Part shown: positions 13,441-25,209 of the stretch, piece after piece
How the letters are laid out: each line of letters begins with the position of its first letter
Numbering within the stretch: position 1 is the stretch's first letter
Assembly (NCBI RefSeq): GCF_009914755.1
Contig: NC_060938.1
Source of the DNA: the human T2T-CHM13v2.0 reference genome, Homo sapiens
DNA: 64,000 nucleotides
Reading direction: 5' to 3' (one strand)
The notes under the pieces: generated by a model
The model's input: the letters and a program-made list of their open reading frames with translations, nothing else
Databases searched by the model: none
What the model was told of the DNA's origin: nothing
Position numbers and translations under genes: made by a program

Positions 13441-14042
13441 CGTGTCCAGTATTGGTTCCTTCCAGTGGGTTCTTGGTCTCACTGACTTCAAGAATGAAGC
13501 TGTGGACCCTCGCGGTGAGTGTTACAGTTCTTAAAGATGGTGTGTCTGGAGTTTGTTCCTTCAGATGTTCAGATGTGTCTGGAGTTTCTTCCTTCTGGTG
13601 TGTTCGTGGTCTTGCTGACTTCAGGAGTGAAGCTGCAGACCTTCGCAGTGAGTGTTACACCTCTTAAAGGTAGTGCGGACCCAAAGAGTGAGCAGCAGCA
13701 AGATTTATTGTGAAGAGTGAAAAAACAAACTTCCGCAGCATGGAAGGGGACCTGAGCGGGTTGCCGCTGCTCTCTCAGTTGGCCAGCTTTTATTCCCTTA
13801 TTTGGCCCTGCTCACATCCTGCTGATCGGTCCATTTTACAGAGTGCTGACTGGTGCATTTACAATCCTTTAGCTAGACACAGAGTGCTGATTGGTGCGTT
13901 TACAATCCTTTAGCTAGACAGAGAGAACCAACTGATGCATTTTTACAGAGTGCTGATTGGTGCATTCACAATCCTTTAGCTAGACAGAAAAGTTCTCCAA
14001 GTCCCCACTTGACCCAGGAAGTCCAGCTGGCTTCACCTCTCA
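13441..14042 (-). mobile_element. Solo LTR12 (ERV9 LTR) nested in the MER41 provirus
   Basis: Starts TGAGAGGTGAAGCCAGCTGG on the minus strand; repeated GCTGATTGGTGC (CCAAT) units; TSD ATAG at 13437-13440 and 14043-14046. Confidence 0.92.
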
Positions 14043-15868
14043 ATAGTACACTAACATAAAGGTGAAATTTGTCTTATTTGGTATAAAAATCATACAGGAA
14101 GTATTATCAAATGTGAAATATGAATGTGTTTTGCTCTCTTTGGACTATATTTTAATAAATGTGTTATTGGTATATGTTCCAAAGTTATGGGAAACTCCTA
14201 TAATTCTGATATATCTCAGTGTATGTTATTAATAATTATAATTGTTATGTAAAATTTTTTGTGCCATGGAAGTAACCAAATTTCCTTATCCCTTATCAAT
14301 TGTGCTTTAATAGTGGCTGTCCTAAAACTTTTTAGCATCCACAGACAATTGTTGTCTTGTTTTAATCCTCTTTAGAAGTTGGTTTATAATCAACTGTACA
14401 ACTCTAGCAGGTGTTCTTAAATGCAGATTTCTAATAACTTTGGAAATTGTAACATTCAAATAGAGGAAACAGCATTCAGAACTCTCAGGAAGAGCTGTAA
14501 TATTCATGAAAACCAAACGGAACAGGAGTTAACTGAATTAACTGAACCATTAGAAAACTGAAGTAATATTTTAAATTTTGCTTAAAATGCTGCTGATCCT
14601 TTGTTTTGTTTTTCAGAGTCAAGGAAACTTTTCTTTTAAGCTATTTTCAGATTTTAGCAATGGAGTAAAGTATACTCCTGTGAACAAAATTTGGAGCATG
14701 TTTGTTTCTCTCTACCTGATTTCTCAAAAATTTGAAAACTATTTGTGAGCATTCTTAATTTATGGCAATATAGTTATTTGCATAAGTGCAATAAGAATCT
14801 GTTTTCTTTTTAACAGGACACAATTGGAGAAATTGGTTATTTTACCAAGACTTTAAATGGAATGCTGTGCTTTCCTATAAGGAATCAAACTTGACTTATA
14901 AAGCCAATAAAAGCCCCTTGGAAAATTGGCTTCAGACCTTGTCTGCAACAGTCCCTGTACAGGGTTTCTGACCTGTGGTAAGTAAAGAATTTCACTTTCT
15001 GACAGGTCCAAGAGTCCCAAGTTATCTTGGGACCCCACAAGAGGAGAGGAATTTACACAACTCATAGGTATTTGAGGGTACAAACCCATGGCTGAACTTG
15101 GCTTTAAAAAGTCATATTTAAGATTTCTTCTATGGAACAGAGTTCCAACAAAGCCAATTTAAAAAGAGCCTATGTGAAAAATAATTATTCTTGCTGCACT
15201 TTATACAAATAATCAGGCCAAGTATAATAAAGCAAATTAGTCTTACCATGATTTGTTTTTAGTAAAAATGGGAAACTGGGGAGAGAAATATTATGTTTTA
15301 ACAACTATGGTACACTTGTTACTAAATTCTAGGCTCATTAGTTGTTTTTAAGTTTGTTTCTGCAATTTAGAATAACCCTGCTTATTCCTGTGAACCAACC
15401 AGTGATCTCTGACTGCTGCTCAGAAGAAACAAGAGGGTAAGTTATGTAAAAATTTGGATCAGTATTCTAATTCTGGGCACATTACAATCACCTAACAACC
15501 CAATATCAGCTTAGTTCCAACAGTTGCCCAGTTCATGAAAAGCCTTCAAATTTAGTTTACTTGGAATAACTTTATTTATTTTGCTTTACTCTTATGGAAT
15601 ATATTGCTTTTATACTCTTTGTGTAGGAATACAGGACAAGCTTACTGAATGTTTTCTTAAGTTAAACACTTACTAATAATCTTCCAGATAATCCCCTTTT
15701 GTCAAAACTCAAGAGTTATGAATGGACCTCACTATACTGCTGCCTTCTGACTGAGCTCACCTCTACCCTGAATGCAAGAGACTCTCATAGCTAGGCAGGA
15801 ATATCATCGCCCCTATTCAGCCTGAAGAAGTCACAGAAGATGAATTTTAGTCCCTCTGGTTCTCTTAC

Positions 15869-15885
15869 AAAATGGAGGGAAGAAA
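15869..15885 (+). promoter_or_regulatory. Polypurine tract of the MER41 provirus
   Basis: AAAATGGAGGGAAGAAA immediately before the TGTCA start of the 3' LTR. Confidence 0.8.
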
Positions 15886-16427
15886 TGTCACAGGTGTGTG
15901 AGCCAGAGCAACACCATCTTGAATAGGAGCTGGGTAAAATGAGGCTGAAACCTACTAGACTGCATTCCCAGATGGTTAAGGCATTCTAAGTCACAGGATG
16001 AGATAGGAGGTTGGTACAAAATACAGCTCATAAAGACCTTGCTGAGCAAACAGCTTGCAGTAAAGGAACCGGCCAAAACCCATCATAACCAAAATGGAGA
16101 TGAAAATGACCTCTGGTTTTCCTCACTGCTACACTCCCACCAGTGCCATGACAGTATTCAAATGCCATGGCAATGTCAGAAAGTTACCCTATATGGTCTA
16201 AACAGGGGAGGCATGAATAATCCACCCCTTGTTTAGCATATCATCAAGAAACAATGATAAAAATGGTCAATCAGCAGCCCACAGGGCTGCTTTATGGAGT
16301 GGCCATTCCTTTACTTTCTTAATAAACTTGCTTTCACTTTGCACGGTGGACTTGCCCTGAATTCTTTCTTCTGCGAGATCCAAGAACCCTCCCTTAGGGT
16401 CTGGATCAAGATCCCTTTCCTGTAACA
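15886..16427 (+). mobile_element. MER41A 3' LTR
   Basis: TGTCACAGGTGTGTGAGCCAGAGC...CCTGTAACA, homologous to 9363-9916. Confidence 0.92.
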
Positions 16428-16765
16428 GTAGGGCAGTATGTACTTCAGTTCTTCATGAGTTACTTATAGCACTCTCTTCCCCTAAGACTCAGGTGGACAC
16501 TCAGGATCCTGACCCTGGTAATGACTGGTGTGACAGAAAATATGCTCTATGACAAATTATTGCTTCTGATAATGAGAGTTCACAATTGAGTTAATTCTCT
16601 TTTGCCTGGATTCTTACCTCTAAATTTTATCTTTCCTTAGTCTTAATACAAAGGCCCTATGTATAAGTAAGCCTAAGAGTTTACTGTATCTGAGAGACCT
16701 TAAATCTCCCAGACATGATAAGAAATATGTCTGAATTATAATGCTTGATGTCTCTGTTTGTGCAT

Positions 16766-16890
16766 AGGTGTGTGTGTGTATATGTATATATACACACACA
16801 ATATATACACAATATATATACACACTATATATATACACACTATATATACACTATATGTATACACTATATATATGATATATATTATATATG
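16766..16890. repeat. (TG)n/(TA)n/(CA)n microsatellite
   Basis: Seen directly in the sequence. Confidence 0.9.
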
Positions 16891-17895
16891 TAGTTAGCTA
16901 TCTTTTCATATTAACAAAGAGAGGCCTTAATGTAGTTAAATTATAGAGTCTCAACACTGCTATAAGCCTTTACCAGTCAAAAGTCATTTAAGTTATCCTG
17001 GATTCTGAATAGGGATTACAATTAGCAGCATATTTTAGGTAATAGTATTGATAATCCCACAGTCACAAACATTTCAGCAGAATGTGGGTGGCTTGATCGA
17101 AGCCATTCATTGCCTGCTCCATCTATACCCTGCAGAGCAATTTAGCTCCTTAAATAACCATCCCCTGCTGTTTAAAGCAACGATGTGTTATGCAAAGTAA
17201 ATCAATATATGCCATTTGTTTAAGTAAAAAAATTTCTTAATTTGCCTCATCACGAGAATGTTTAATAAATCTTGAGGTCTTTTTATTAAGAGAAGATTTG
17301 ATCAATTGTAAGATTAGAATATTCCCAAATAAGGCTTCATAAATGACACAGGAATTAACATCATAAAGTAGAAGTGCTAATTGAAATTTTTATAAAAGCT
17401 GATTTTTAATCATTTTTAGGAGGAAAAAAAACCCTTCAATCAGGATCTAATTTATAAGGGTTTCCTGTGAACATTAGTCAGTGAATAATTTATTTCCCTA
17501 ACCTACTTATGAAAGCTTCAAATTGTTATTGTAATTTGTAAGGCATTGAGATTCACCCATCTTTTTTTGCATTTACACCTGGCCTCAAATACTGGGTTAC
17601 TTGATACTTTGCAATATAGAGATTTTATAAAATAAAAATAACAATAAAGACAAAACAAATACTTAGATTGGAGAGGCTGGCTATAAATTTATTATCCACT
17701 CAAACATAAATGCCTTGGTTAAAATTTTAAATATTCACTTTATTTTCACTTTTATTTTTATCATATCATAAAATCGACTGAAACTATAATTATTATATGT
17801 AATGTGGCATGATAGCAATACAAGTTGGTCTATGCTAAGATAACTTTGATGATTTATTGGCTTAAACTGCTTCAGAGATACAATACCCCAAATAA

Positions 17896-18206
<311 letters not shown>

Positions 18207-19639
18207 AAATAATTTAATAATATATTATTTAGTAAATGGATCTCAAAACAGATAATTATGTAAAAACAGTGTAAACATTAGTTGTCCAATAAGTTCTAAT
18301 GGATAGCATCTCTTTCACAGAAGCTTTTTAAAAAATAAAAATAACACAAAGAAATGGGAGAAAAAGATCAACATATTCAAAATCGCTCATACTATATCCT
18401 GGGTTAAATGACATGGCAGTTCTCATACTGGACTCCAGAAGTAAGCTGACTTACCCACCCAGTTATGGGCATTGGAAATTAAGGCAGGCCTTCCAAAACT
18501 GGAAAATAAATTGCAAAGATGAAGAGGTAGCCCTGTCGAGTAAACCCAGTTATTTTTTCCAGCTTTAATAACCAGGTAAGACATTCTACTGTTAAATGAA
18601 TAAAGAAACTAAAAAATGTCATTACTGTGTATGTGCTTAGAGAAAGTACTTCATCTTGGTAAGAAAGGGTAGAAAGAAGACAATGTCACCAACAATTTGT
18701 ATCTAAATTATGTTTTCCTAACAAAATAAAATTTATGATAAAGAATCATAATGTTCATTATAACAATGTTTTTGTTTTTGTTATGTCACAATCTATTTGC
18801 ATGTATTACTAAAATTTTTTTTGAAAACCAATTTTCTTTGAAAAGTTGGTCAAATGGATAATTATTCCTTAAAATCTTTTCATATCTGCCTAAAATGATT
18901 AATTTATGCTTAATTTACATACTACTTTAATAATCTACATACTATTAAGAGTGAACACATTTTTTTAAGAATGAAAATTCTGGTAACTTATAGATAGAAC
19001 TGGAATTGCATTGTAAGTGGTGTGAGCACTAGCATCCACCTGACCGAATGATTTTTGAGAAAAATAGTTTATTCACATAAATACTTAATGGTGCCTGCAT
19101 AATAATCTTTAAAATTTTAAATAATTGTTATAACAATTATAGTAATTATGATTTTATTGCATTTGGGATCTATTATTTTAAAAGGGGAAATACAGACTAT
19201 TCTGGTATAGCACTAAAGAACATGAAATAATATTTTTTATTAGTCTGTGAATTCTCAATTATTCACTCAAAATTGAAGAATCATTCAGGAAGCATTTTTT
19301 GCTTGAAATAATATTCTTGCAGTCAAAATTTCTCTTTTTTTGCCATAAGACTCAGCACACTTAACAGATGCTTTTTATGACTGTCTTCTTCAGAAGTCCG
19401 TAAGCTCCATGAAGAGAGATCTTGTTCATCCCTATGACCAAGGATTACACAGTGCAGGGCAACAGGATGTATCTAATAATTAACTGTTAGATAAATCAGT
19501 GTTTTACTAAAAATATAAGTAAAACTAACTTTCTTAATGAGAATTAAGCCTAACATATCACCTGAAGCAAGAATAAGTGGCATAATCTTTTTGATATGTA
19601 CTGAGTCTTTATTTTGTTACTTAGCGTCATTAACTCATT

Positions 19640-19761
19640 TCTTCACCCATAAACATCTTGTGACCAAGAATACCCAAACTCCTGGGAATGTAACTCAGCA
19701 GGGTTGGCTTTATCTGGCCCTTATTCAAGATGATGTCTCTTTGGTTGGGATGCCTCTGACA
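19640..19761 (-). mobile_element. 5' end of a MER41-family-like LTR (probably followed by degenerate ERV internal sequence to ~20500)
   Basis: Minus strand reads TGTCAGAGGCATCCCAACCAAAGAGACATCATCTTGAATAAGGG...CATTCCCAGGAG, similar to the MER41 LTR starts in this window. Confidence 0.6.
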
Positions 19762-19961
19762 TCACGATAGTCAATTAGAGCAAAAAGCCAACAATAAAAG
19801 TAATAATTAAACCTTTAATTACTTATTATAATAGTATCAGCAAAAGGCTAAATTGGAAAAGGCACCAACACCCCTTTTCCCCATTTCCCTCTATTGACTG
19901 GCACAACAGTCCAGAATCAGGTGGATCAGCATATATGAGGAGGATGTGGGGAGGAAAGGTA

Positions 19962-20006
19962 TTAGGTTGGTGCAAAATAATTGCAGGTTTTGCTATTACT
20001 TTCAAT
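19962..20006. mobile_element. Half MADE1 (Hsmar1 mariner MITE)
   Basis: TA + TTAGGTTGGTGCAAAA-TAATTGCAGGTTTTGCTATTACTTTCAAT is one arm of the MADE1 palindrome. Confidence 0.75.
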
Positions 20007-20519
20007 TAACAGTTCTTATCATTTCAGAGGAAGGCTTGTACAAAAGGCTCCTTTAGTTTTATGGACCTTGGGGGCCAGGGGAAGAAACAGGGTGGAATAA
20101 CTAGGAATAAAAGAGAACCGGTACTAAGTCAGAGCAGCAAGATTTCTGTTTCCCTCCTTCACTTAAAATGATTGAGAAAGGCCTTTGCCAAAGGCTTCGG
20201 ACAGTCTTTGAAATGTAGATGCGTGGTGCCTAAGTTAGGAATGCAAAAAAGCACCAGCATGGCCAAGTGGTGGTGGGTTGAGTGGTGGGGAGGGAGGTCA
20301 GCTGAGTCCTGAGTCCTTATCTGTAACTCTCTTCAGAGACTGCAATGCACTGGATGTGCACCTGTTCTAGTGTGGAGAGGGCAGTTTTTTTCCAGAGAGG
20401 CCTGCCAGGTAAAGCTTTTGTAACTGTCTATGGTCAAGCCTGAAAAAATCACACATAGGGTTTTGAACAGTAGCTGGACTCCTCCCCCACAAGAACTGCA
20501 TTCAAACTTGCATTCCCAT

Positions 20520-21900
20520 GATAATAATAATGATTGTTTCTTCATATACTTACTAGCTAAATGTTTAGCATTCTTTATGAAATCTTTATTAAACTAATAT
20601 GCCAATTTTCTTGGTTAATATTATTCATTTGTGAAAAGTCTTCATCTAATCTGATACACATATTTTCAAAAACATGTGTATAACAATTATTTTCTCCCAC
20701 TATGTTGCTTGCTTATCCATTTTGCATACTTACGTTCCTTAGCTAGCTTTTGTTTCGGTTTTGATTTTTTTGAAATAAAGCTGTTTATTGCTAATGTTTC
20801 CTGGGTCCCCTCTAGGAAATCTTCACTGTGCCAAAATTTTAAAGATATCATACTTAGTTTTCTTGTAGAAGATGTGTAGCTTCAGCTTTAGGTTAATATC
20901 TAAAATCAGTCTCAAATTGTGTGTGGTTCATTCTATTTGTATGACTAGCCAATTGTTCCAGAATAATTTGTAGAATGGTTTTTCCATATTAAATGAATTT
21001 GGTGCATTTTAAAAATATATGTTGGTCCTGTATATGTACGTTTATTTCTGTTCACTGTGGTTTAATTGATATATTAGTCTATCATTATGTCAGTACCACA
21101 CTACCTCTTGATTACAAAATAAGGTTGTATCATTTCTCAAAATGTTTAGAATATTTCTTCAAAACTGTTCTAGCTATTTTATAACTTTGAACTTTCACAT
21201 GAGCTTTAGAATCAATTTGTCAACTTCTAAAACAATATTTTTTAGAAATATGTTATGATTTCTAATAATTATAATTTTTGGAACAATTGAAATTTTAACA
21301 ATATTGAGTTTTTGAATCCGTATATATTGTATACATCTTAAATACTGTACATAACATAAATATTATATACATCTTAATGCTTTTATCACCAAAGTTTTAT
21401 AGTTCTTACTGTAGAACTATAGAGGTCTTACACATATTTCTGTTAGATTTAGCCCTACATTTTTCATATTCTTCAGTGTTTTGTAAATGATATTTTAATT
21501 TTGTAGTTGTTTATTGCTAGTATACGGAAATACATTTGAATTTTCTATAGTGATACTATAACTAGTAAATGTCACAAATTAATTCTAACTGTATGTTGTA
21601 TATTCCTTAGGCTTTCTTCTGTAGAACACTGTACTGAAAATAAAACTGCCTTATTTCTTCTTCTTTAAGTCGTATACTATTTTTTATTTTTTCCATTATT
21701 GGACTTACTAACATCTCAAGGACAATATTGAATAGAAAGATTGAAAACAAAAATCCTTATCTATTCCAAAAAAGTATTCACATTCTGACCAACAAAAGCA
21801 TTGGCTATGTTATTAACTACAGAATTTATGTAGGTCACTTCCATAAGATGAGAAAGTTTTCTTCTACTTTGCTCACACTCATTTACAACTATTGTATTTT
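20520..21900 (-). mobile_element. Highly degenerate L1M (L1ME-like) ORF2 fragments
   Basis: T-rich antisense L1 text (TTTAGAATCAATTTGTCAACTTCT; ACAATATTGAGTTTTTGAATCC; GGACAATATTGAATAGAA). Confidence 0.65.
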
Positions 21901-24693
21901 GAAACTATTTTATCTGTATCTAAGTCAAACAAATATTGAAACACTTTAGCTAATCAAGAGTACATACGCTGGAAGGAATATGAGGAAGAGGAAGAGTAGG
22001 TGAAAATAATATAGTTGGAAAAACAAAGAATGACTGCCATGGAACACTGATTTTCTCTTAAGAATATGTCTGTATATCCAATATGTGAAACGGACAGAGT
22101 GCCATAAAACCGACACAGTGCCTTAAAACTGGCTTCTGCACCCTCTCAATCGGGGTTTGTATTCTCCACATCAGCTTTAGGCTGAGATGACTATTTACAT
22201 TCTTTGAATAACTGTTCAGTCACATTTTCTCAATGAGCAAAATAAAAAGCCTCTTGTTTTTGTAATAAATAAATGCAAACACAATATGTGCACATCTTCT
22301 ATTCAGTGACTGGTACATAGCAACGTTTAATTTTTGTTATTTGCTTTGGTGATGATGTTTCATATAATGAAGATCATAATCATGAACATCCTGAAGATGA
22401 TAAAGATGGTAAATAATGATTATTTAAATCCTGGATACAGAGTTGTGTTTGAAGCCCATGATATATTAATAGAAGAACTACTGAAACTAACGGAAGGAAT
22501 GAAAAATTAATTTAAAATAATACGCATTGCTTTGGTGGAAAAGTAGCAGCAAGATTTGAACTACCTTCTATACAAGGTATCTTAAAGTAAAAATAACTGA
22601 CATCTGAAAGCATCCACACCAAAGCTGAGTTAACAATGCAAACTGCTTAAGCAGTTCCTGTAATTTTCCTTTACAGTTATGTAAACTGCCAGCCCTATCA
22701 ATCTAGTGTTCTTTGATTCTATTTTTTCATTTATTTCCTGCCTCATTCTAAATAGATGATATATTACACACAATATTTCAAGTTGAAATGAATTTAAATT
22801 GAGAGAACGATAAGCATAAAGAAAATAAGATTGAGTGAGGTTTGAGCACATTGTGCATGCACCGAAGTTCTGCACTTTTAGTAAAAGCTATAGCAGCTAG
22901 GAGCTGTTCAATTATGTAGTTCAGTGAATCTGCAAGATAAAAGACCAACTAAGATTTCTTAGAAAACCTTGAAAAGCATTTTGATACCTAGTAACCTGTA
23001 ACAGAGAAAATATTTAGTAATGCAAGATTAGATTACATTACAAATGTCCTTACTTTATAATAATCATAGCAATGAGTTATGGAATGATAGTTGTTAATAG
23101 CAACCTTTGTCTAAGGTGATCAGACTGCATGAAAACGGAGTGTAGTTAAAACATTTTACAGGAGCCTAAGGATGAAATTCAATTACATGGTCCTTTTTGA
23201 TTTTGTAAAAGTTAAGCATATTTTAATATTTCCTCATGCCTTTGAAATTTTCTTATACATCTTCTATTAGAGAGTTGATCAAATTCAAACACCAGCATCT
23301 GCACTTTGTCCTCAAACAATAGCTTTTTTTGAAATTAAGTGTTTCTCTTTCTTTTCTTCACTGGACATGAACTGATTATGCTTTTTGAAAAACACAAATA
23401 ATTATTTATATAACTCACAATTGTAAAACATTTTTTCCTCTGAGGAACTGACGTAAATACATAGTTATTCATTCTTTCTGTGATGAATTCCATCAAAGCT
23501 GCCTGTTACTTAAAAAAATTTTTTTTCAGTTTATTTGCCTATATGAAAATTGATGACAAAACTTTTTCAGAAAAAATATATAATTAGGAGAAAATATTCT
23601 ATGAAACTATGACAGATATATAGGTAAGAGGTGACAAATTACTGAGTAATTTTTTAGTAACAACTTATATTATTTCTATGTGGAATGTGAATCAACCATT
23701 AAAAGAACTGGCAAGAAAAATAGTAAAAATGTTGCATAGGAAAATTTTCCAGAATGCATACCTTCTTCAGTGTGTGAACTGATAATTTATTATTTTATTA
23801 TGCAGATTTTGTCAATTTACTGTCCATTTCTCATTCTTTAAGAATTCTGACTGATGAATTACCTTCAGATAACCTTGATTACTTTGGAATGCTGAACTTA
23901 CGAATTATAAACAAACTATTTTTTTGTCAAATTTGTATCCATATAATTGTCTTCTATACAAATTCATTTATCTAAAGCATATTTACTACTCCTCAGCATA
24001 CCAGACAAACTCTATATTACGTAAGGACTGAAAGTAACATTTATGTTTTCTTTTCTTTATTCATAAAATAGTGGCACGCTGGTAACAATAATTACTTAAG
24101 ACAGTATTAACTAAAAACCTTTTGGTTAATACTGAACAGAGTTCTTAGAAATTAAATTGAGATAAAAAGTCACTTCAATTCTATTTTAATATTGATATTT
24201 TCCTCTTACAGAATATGTGAAAAACATGTAGATAATGTTTTCAGAAGGGACTTGAAAAACAGAGAGTAAATTTCTATTGTGACAGCTTAAATGTCCCCAT
24301 TGCCTTTGTTACAGAGGCAAATCCCTCTCGAGGTCACACTTCAGTGATAACCAAGTTAAAATCGAAATTTTCCTTCAAAAGTGGCAATAAAAGAAACTTT
24401 TTTTCTCACAAGAAAGAACAATAAATCTTAAAAAGAAGAATTTCTCCTGCAGAGATTCGAACTGTATGAATATTAGTCGTTTGTATTTGAATTATGCAAT
24501 TAGTTTCAGAACAACATAGTATCCCGTACATTCCATATGTTTCCTCACTTCCACATCCCACCTGATAGAAAGACCATGCTTTCATAAATTTCACACAACT
24601 GGCAAGGTCATTTTTCCAAATTAAACCTGGACATTTTAACCAGGAAGCAACGTAAAGTAAAATGACAGAAAGAAAAACAGAAAAAAAGGAAAT

Positions 24694-24931
24694 AGGCACA
24701 ACTGGAAGTGCTGCAGGGGCACAGCAAGAACAAGGCCACTGGCCTGGGGAGCTGCTGCATTGGTGAAAATTTGGGAGCCATCAGGCGGTTCCCTGCTCTG
24801 TCTGACCCAAGCCCTGCAGACTCTGGCACCACTGCCACCGTGAAGTAGTTAAACCACATTAAGCAATTGCCACGTTAATCAGTGGCAGAGCCAAGGAAAG
24901 GGAAGTTCTTTGTGAAGAGCTGTTATAGATC
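24694..24931 (+). pseudogene. ARHGAP17-like processed pseudogene: 5' UTR and N-terminus (~aa 1-32)
   Basis: GCCACC-GTG-AAG-TAG-TTA-AAC-CAC-ATT-AAG-CAA-TTG at 24834ff resembles Kozak + MKKQFNRMKQLA; GGCAGAGCC...GAAGTTCTTTGTGAAGAGCTGTTATAGATC resembles GRAEKTEVLSEDLLQI; GC-richer leader upstream. Confidence 0.75.
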
Positions 24932-25180
24932 TGTCATATAGTTACACAATTCTGCAGCAAATTTGTTTTTGCATTGTTCTACTTCATATCCAGTCCCATC
25001 CATCTCTTTTTTTAGGATGTCTATTTTGATGGGAACCCTTGAATGTTGACTCCTAAAGATTTCTGAGGTGAGTTACACCTGGCTCTGACCAAATCCCAGT
25101 CTAATATCAATGTAGCAAGATGTTTTCTTTTTCCAGATGTTAGGGGATGTCCACCTCTGCTACGACATACAGAGTATAAC
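24932..25180 (-). pseudogene. Inverted duplicate of the ARHGAP17-like BAR-domain segment (~aa 122-205)
   Basis: ORF 25021-25209(-) RKHLATLILDWDLVRARCNSPQKSLGVNIQGFPSK resembles ARHGAP17 RKQLARLVLDWDSVRARWNQAHKSSGTNFQGLPSK; continues IDILKKEMDGTGYEVEQCKNKFAAELCNYM. Confidence 0.85.
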
Positions 25181-25209
25181 CAGGCCCCTTGAAACATATA
25201 TCCTAGCAT

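Larger units (their letters stand above)
9363..16427 (+). mobile_element. MER41A provirus (ERV1, MER4 group; non-coding internal region)
   Basis: Two homologous ~550-bp LTRs, 4-bp TSD GTAG (9359-9362 and 16428-16431), PBS after the 5' LTR, PPT before the 3' LTR, no gag/pol ORFs. Confidence 0.9.

Noticed and set aside
13820-13990. Regularly spaced repeats resembling a CRISPR-like array (also 44366-44580)
   Set aside because: These are the LTR12 CCAAT tandem units and L1 5' UTR repeats; there are no unique spacers and the DNA is eukaryotic
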